Shown: positions 59,462 to 64,000 of the stretch, piece after piece | Layout of the letters: every line of letters begins with the position of its first letter | Numbering within the stretch: the stretch's first letter is position 1 | Assembly: GCA_963724295.1 (NCBI GenBank) | Contig: CAVRUC010000010.1 | Span: 160,001-224,000, forward strand | From: an uncultured Chloroflexia bacterium | GTDB taxonomy: Bacteria; Chloroflexota; Chloroflexia; Thermomicrobiales; UBA6265 | Reading direction: 5' to 3' | DNA length: 64,000 nt | Made by a program: the position numbers and the translations under genes | Notes under the pieces: generated by a model | Told to the model about the DNA's origin: nothing | What the model saw: only the letters and a program-made list of their open reading frames with translations | Databases searched by the model: none

Positions 59462-61093
59462 CTACGCGTTGTACGACATCTCCTTGACCAGCATGAAGGC
59501 GTCGAGACGGGGCGTCCAGTTCAGGTCCGCGGCCACGCCATAGAAAAACGGCAGGTGGACGATCGGGATCACCGGAATTCGCTCCATGAACGCTGCGGTC
59601 GTCGCCGCCAGCTCTGCGGCCCGCTCGTCACCGGTGATCACGGCCGACTCGGCGGTCATCGTGTCGATCTCCGGGTCACAGAAGGTCGAAACGCCGCCAT
59701 CGCAACGGTAGTAACCGGAGAACGTCTGGCTGACGTCCATCATCTCGTTGCCGTGGCCGAGCGTGCCGATCCAGCCGCGCTCAGTCGGAATCTCGTCATA
59801 GGGCATCACGTACTGTTCCTGATAGGCGGCGTGCTCGATGACCTCGGTCCTGGCGTTGAGACCGATCTCATTGAGCTGGTTGGCGACGTACTCACCCAGC
59901 TCCTCGTTGCGCGGGTAAGCGCCCTGCCGGACGGCGACGGTGATCTCCATGTCGACCGGAACGCCATCGGCCGCCGCCTCCTGGACGAGCTGCGTCGCGC
60001 GCTCCATGTCGTACGGCAGGGCCGTAAGCTCCTCGTTGAAGCCGACGGCAGATGGGCCGACGAGCTGGGCGGCCACCTGACCCCCGCCGAAGATCTGCTC
60101 GACGAGGCTCTCCTTGTCAACCGCCAGGCCGATCGCCTCGCGGATGCGGATATCACCCATCACCGGATGCATGGTGTCGAGGCGCAGGAAGATCGTCTCG
60201 ACGCTCGGCGCCTCCAGGCAGACCGGCGTTGTGGCGCAATCGTCGGGAGCCAGGAAACGCCCGATCTGCGCCTCACCGGCGGTCACCTGCGCGGCGCGCA
60301 CGGTCGACTCTGGCCGCCAGACGTACTGGACGTCCTTGATCGACTGCTGGCCGAAGGCAGCCTCGGGATCGCCATTCCCCCACCAGTCCGCGTACGCGGT
60401 GAGATTGATGTGATCGCCACGGACCCACTCGACAAACTGGTACGGACCGGTCCCGATCGGCTCATTCGGCAGTGAATCGGGCCGCTCCTCGACCTGCACC
60501 ATGTTCGGCAGCGGGGCGAAGTAGAGGCGAGCCGGCAGAATCGGGTCCGCCTCCGCGGCCGAGACGTCAATCGTCATCTCGTCGACGACCGCCGCGCTGA
60601 TCTGCGGTCCCATGAACTGGGTGATGTCGAAGGCGTTCTCCTCAGACCAGGTGAAGTTGACACCATCGGCCGCGACCTGCGCATTGAATGGGGACCCATC
60701 ATGGAAGGTCACGCCCTCGCGCAGGGTGAAGCGAATGGTGCGGTCGTCGGTCCACTCCCAGGCGGTGGCCAGCTCGCCGACAAGCTCGTTGGTCTCCGGA
60801 TTGCGGTTGAGGAGCGCCTCGAAGATATTGCGCAAGACCGGATGGCCGTCGAGGCTGTAGGCGTTCCAGTTCTCCAGAGTCGCCGGCTCCGCCGACAGCG
60901 AGATTACGATCTGACCGGCCGGCTCCGCCGCCTGGGCGAAGGCCGCCCCGGGTGTCGCGCGTAGCGCCATCCCGATCGCCGACGCCGACAACCCCAGCGC
61001 GGCACCCCGCGTCACAAGCTCGCGGCGGGTCATTGCGCCCGCGGCGGCGTCGGCAATGAACTGATCGATTGGTCGAAGTTCGCGTCGCGACAT
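59462..61093 (-). CDS. ABC substrate-binding protein family 5, Tat-exported
   Basis: MTRRELV Tat motif, IFEALL, LATAWEW, FTLREGVTFHDG.PF, PIGTGPYQF.EW. Confidence 0.95.
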   Translation of the reverse strand: MSRRELRPIDQFIADAAAGAMTRRELVTRGAALGLSASAIGMALRATPGAAFAQAAEPAGQIVISLSAEPATLENWNAYSLDGHPVLRNIFEALLNRNPETNELVGELATAWEWTDDRTIRFTLREGVTFHDGSPFNAQVAADGVNFTWSEENAFDITQFMGPQISAAVVDEMTIDVSAAEADPILPARLYFAPLPNMVQVEERPDSLPNEPIGTGPYQFVEWVRGDHINLTAYADWWGNGDPEAAFGQQSIKDVQYVWRPESTVRAAQVTAGEAQIGRFLAPDDCATTPVCLEAPSVETIFLRLDTMHPVMGDIRIREAIGLAVDKESLVEQIFGGGQVAAQLVGPSAVGFNEELTALPYDMERATQLVQEAAADGVPVDMEITVAVRQGAYPRNEELGEYVANQLNEIGLNARTEVIEHAAYQEQYVMPYDEIPTERGWIGTLGHGNEMMDVSQTFSGYYRCDGGVSTFCDPEIDTMTAESAVITGDERAAELAATTAAFMERIPVIPIVHLPFFYGVAADLNWTPRLDAFMLVKEMSYNA

Positions 61094-61201
61094 TGAGACC
61101 TCCTCTGCTCACGCTTTGAGTCACGAGGACCGAGTACCCGCAACGTCGCGGGACCCACGGCATGAGATCCGGTCGTGCACCAAAGCCCAGGAACGGCCCT
61201 C

Positions 61202-61235
61202 ACCCTATCGCCGCGCTATTTGCCTGTCAATAGCG
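61202..61235 (-). promoter_or_regulatory. Sigma70 promoter TTGACA-N17-TAGGGT with overlapping inverted repeat
   Basis: TTGACA 61230-61225 and TAGGGT 61207-61202; CGCTATT-N8-AATAGCG (61214-61235) straddles the -35. Confidence 0.6.
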
Positions 61236-61258
61236 GAGGAGAACCGCCTCGGCGTCGC

Positions 61259-61650
61259 TCAGGTCAGGATCACGACCACCCGGTCGCGTTCGATCTCCAC
61301 CGCGTACGTCTCCGCCTGCAGCTCCTCGACCTCGACCGGGTAGCTCTTCACCCGGGTGCGATTGGGGTCGAACACCGAACGCCCCGTCGCCAGATCGAAC
61401 TCCCAGCCGTGCCATGGGCAGCGCAGGATCTCCCCCTCGCGGCTGTAGGTGATCTGGCCCGGCCGTTCCGCCGTCACCAGACCGACGGTCCGTCCCAGGC
61501 AGAGGGGTCCGCCCTGGTGCGGGCAGCTGTTGCGTAGCGCGTAGAAACGGCCGTCGACGTTGAACACCCCAATCGAGCGGCCAGCCGACGTCGGCGATCA
61601 GCCGCTCGCCGGGCGGAATATCTCTCACCCGCGCCACGACATGTCGAGAG
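61259..61650 (-). CDS. Rieske (2Fe-2S) ferredoxin-like protein, frameshift near 61585; start uncertain
   Basis: RHVVARV.DIPPGER.I, IGVFNVDGRFYAL.N.CPHQGGPL, LRCPWHGWEFDL.TG. Confidence 0.85.
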
Positions 61651-61724
61651 GCGGAGGTCGGAGGATCGGGTGGTCGGTACTTCCGACTTCGCCAGCGGCA
61701 ACGATCTTCCGACCTCCGACTTCG

Positions 61725-62832
61725 TCAGAAGCCATAGAGCTCCCGCGCGTTTTCGGCGAAGATTCGCCGCTTGAGGTCTGCCGGCAGGCGAGGAAATGCC
61801 TGCTGCGGTGAATCGAAGTCCCAGTGGGGATAGTCGCTGGAGAACATCAGCGATGTGCTCGGCGTCCATCATCTCGAAAAGCTGCAACAGCTGCTTGTCG
61901 TCGTCCGGCTCCTCGATCGGCTGCGTCGTCAGGCGGAAATGCTCGCCGGATGATCTCGCTCGGCTTTGTGCGTCAGCCAGGGGCACTCGGAGCGCAAGCG
62001 CTTTCCAGTTCTTGTCCAAACGCCACATCACGTGCGGCACCCAGCCGAACCCGCCCTCGATGAGCGCGAATTTCAATCCGGGGAACTTCTGGAACGTGCC
62101 TTCGGCGACGAGACTGATCATTTGTGCCTGGAACGCCTGAGACATGCCGGTGTGCCACTCCAGATAATAGGAAGGCCACCCAGCCGACGTCGGCGGGTGC
62201 ATGATCCCGATGCCGCCGAAGTGCATTCCCGCCACGAGGCCGTTGCGCTCGCAGGCTTCCCAGATGGGATCGTAGAACTGCTGCCCGTACGGCATGCGCG
62301 AGCCGGCCGAAAAGAGAATCTGGACGATGTCCGGCCGCGAACCGAGACGGTCGATCTCCTTGGCCGCCGCCTGAGGATCCTGCATGGGGACGGTCAACGA
62401 GCCCCGGAAGCGCGGATCCTGGCTCAACCAGGCGTCGATCATCCAATCGTTGAGCGCGCTCGACAGGGCAGCCGCAAATCCGGCATTGGCGAGAAAGGCG
62501 ACGTTGTAGAACTGACCGGTGAGGATCGCGATGTCGACGCCCCACTCGTCGAGTAGCTGGCGGCGGAAGAGATCGACGTCGGACCCAGCGGAGCCGACGT
62601 CGCCCGGACGGGCATCGACCCGCTCGCCACCACCGACACCTTTGGGATAGGGTGAGTTGGGCAGTGATTTGAACTGGCTCTCGACGACGTAGTCCGCCCA
62701 GTACCGGGGGAGGTAGGGCAGCACGTCCTGCGGACCGCGCCAGTTGTGATGGGCATCGCAGTCGATGAGGGAAAGCTCGCGCGGGCTCTCGCCCTCGAGC
62801 GCGGGTCGGGGTTCGTGAGCGACGGCCGACAT
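61725..62832 (-). CDS. Amidohydrolase_2 family protein, frameshifts near the 3' end
   Basis: LIDCDAH, NDWMID.WL, YDPIW.AC, GMHFG, IEGGFGW, TTQPIEEP; FSSDYPHWDFD and NARELYGF occur in shifted frames. Confidence 0.85.
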
Positions 62833-62933
62833 CCCGGTATCCTCCTGGAGGTACGAGCGCGAATCGCGGCTGGGAGTATTGTCTCCGATCGCCACGGTTC
62901 GCGAGCATGAGGAACGGAGAAATGGGGGGACCG

Positions 62934-63863
62934 GTGACACCATTTCCTTTCAGATTCGGGGTGCAGAGCCGCAGCGCCGGCCCGCGCCAGCCATGGCTGG
63001 AGACGGTGCGACGGATCGAAGCGCTGGGCTACGACTCGATAAGCTGGCCGGACCACTTCGTGCGGGGGTTCGAGCCGGTGGCGGCAATGGCCGCTGCAGC
63101 CATCGCCACCGAGCGGCTGCGTCTCTCCGGTTTCGTCTTCGACAACGACTTCCGGCACCCCGTCGTGCTGGCCATGTCCGCCGGCTCGATCGACGTCCTC
63201 TCCAACGGTCGCCTGGAGCTTGGCATCGGCGCCGGCTGGCTGAAGGACGAATACGACCAGTCAGGTATCCCATTCGACCCGGCCAGCGTGCGCATCGCCC
63301 GCCTGGAGGAGGCCGTTCATCTCCTGAAGCTCCTCCTCAGCGGTGAGCGGACGACGTTCTCCGGCCAGTTCTACAGCGTCGATGGCTTGCAAATACCCCC
63401 GGCGCCGGTGCAGCGGCCCCACCCGCCGCTGGTGATCGGCGGGGGCAGCCCCAAGATTCTCTCCCTTGCGGCGCGGGAGGCGGACATCGTCGGCATCACC
63501 ACGCGGGCACTCCCTGATGGCTCCAAGGACGCCGCGGATATGACCGCCGCCGCGACCGAGCGCAAGATCGCCTGGGTGCGCGAGGCGGCGGGTGATCGCT
63601 TCGATCAGATCGAGCTCAATATCATCTGCCCCACCGTCGAGATCACGAACGACCGCCGCGCCGCGGCCGAGCGACTGGCCGCGGATCTTCCCGTCACCGC
63701 GGAAGATGTGCTCGACTCACCGGTGGTCCTGATCGGCACCGTCGACGAGATCGCGGAGACGCTCCAGGAACGGCGGGAACGCTACGGCTTCTCCTACATC
63801 GTCGTTCTGGAACCGGTGGTAGAGGCGTTCGCCCCGGTCGTGGAGCGTCTGACGGGTCGCTGA
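62934..63863 (+). CDS. LLM class F420-dependent oxidoreductase
   Basis: FRFGVQ, E.LGYD....PDH, DNDFRHP..LA, LSNGRLELGIGAGW, PVQRPHPPL.IGGG, AAREADIV. Confidence 0.9.
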   Translation: MTPFPFRFGVQSRSAGPRQPWLETVRRIEALGYDSISWPDHFVRGFEPVAAMAAAAIATERLRLSGFVFDNDFRHPVVLAMSAGSIDVLSNGRLELGIGAGWLKDEYDQSGIPFDPASVRIARLEEAVHLLKLLLSGERTTFSGQFYSVDGLQIPPAPVQRPHPPLVIGGGSPKILSLAAREADIVGITTRALPDGSKDAADMTAAATERKIAWVREAAGDRFDQIELNIICPTVEITNDRRAAAERLAADLPVTAEDVLDSPVVLIGTVDEIAETLQERRERYGFSYIVVLEPVVEAFAPVVERLTGR

Positions 63864-64000
63864 ACCGGAGCGCGGGAGCGCCGCTGAACGATCTCGTCGC
63901 CGATAATGACATCCAGGATCGCGACTCAGGCGTTACAGACGACAAGGGAACGGTTGTCGGCGCGAGAAATCCCCGCTCCGATCTGGAGGAGACGCCCCAT

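Overview
High-GC bacterial chromosome segment. It most resembles Chloroflexota of the Thermomicrobiales type; this is inferred from many Tat-exported 'AQ(D/E)ATP' proteins, an F420-type LLM enzyme, a GAAC-N4-GTTC SOS box and no outer-membrane beta-barrels. Scattered single-base frameshifts suggest an imperfectly polished long-read assembly. In order, the window holds: a peptide-type ABC binding protein, a GH172 and a lactonase-like amidohydrolase; a ~7.6 kb frameshifted giant surface-protein gene; a stripped dcw cluster (mraZ-rsmH-murF-mraY-murD-murC/murB fusion-ddl-ftsZ-nrdR, with no ftsL/ftsI/murE/ftsW/murG/ftsQ/ftsA), where one missing homopolymer base would give a MurD-MurC-MurB triple fusion; a LexA-boxed small gene plus an atypical Ser/Thr kinase; a triple-HTH gene facing a stand-alone WYL-like gene; a VOC cluster with duplicated ECF-type promoters; a Crp-MFS(Cys tail)-HAD unit; a radical SAM gene whose apparent stop is very probably selenocysteine (C-U-A-E-P tail with SECIS-like hairpin), followed by DsrE-like and SelA-like genes; a SigK/RskA-type pair sharing an identical promoter motif with a DUF4331-TPR-His-rich Ni/Co transporter operon; a knottin-like Cys-rich Tat protein; and an ABC/enolase-superfamily catabolic region. 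Several families of short palindromic and tandem repeats occur. No rRNA, tRNA, CRISPR array or intact transposase was recognised. Family assignments come from motif recognition by eye, not database searches.
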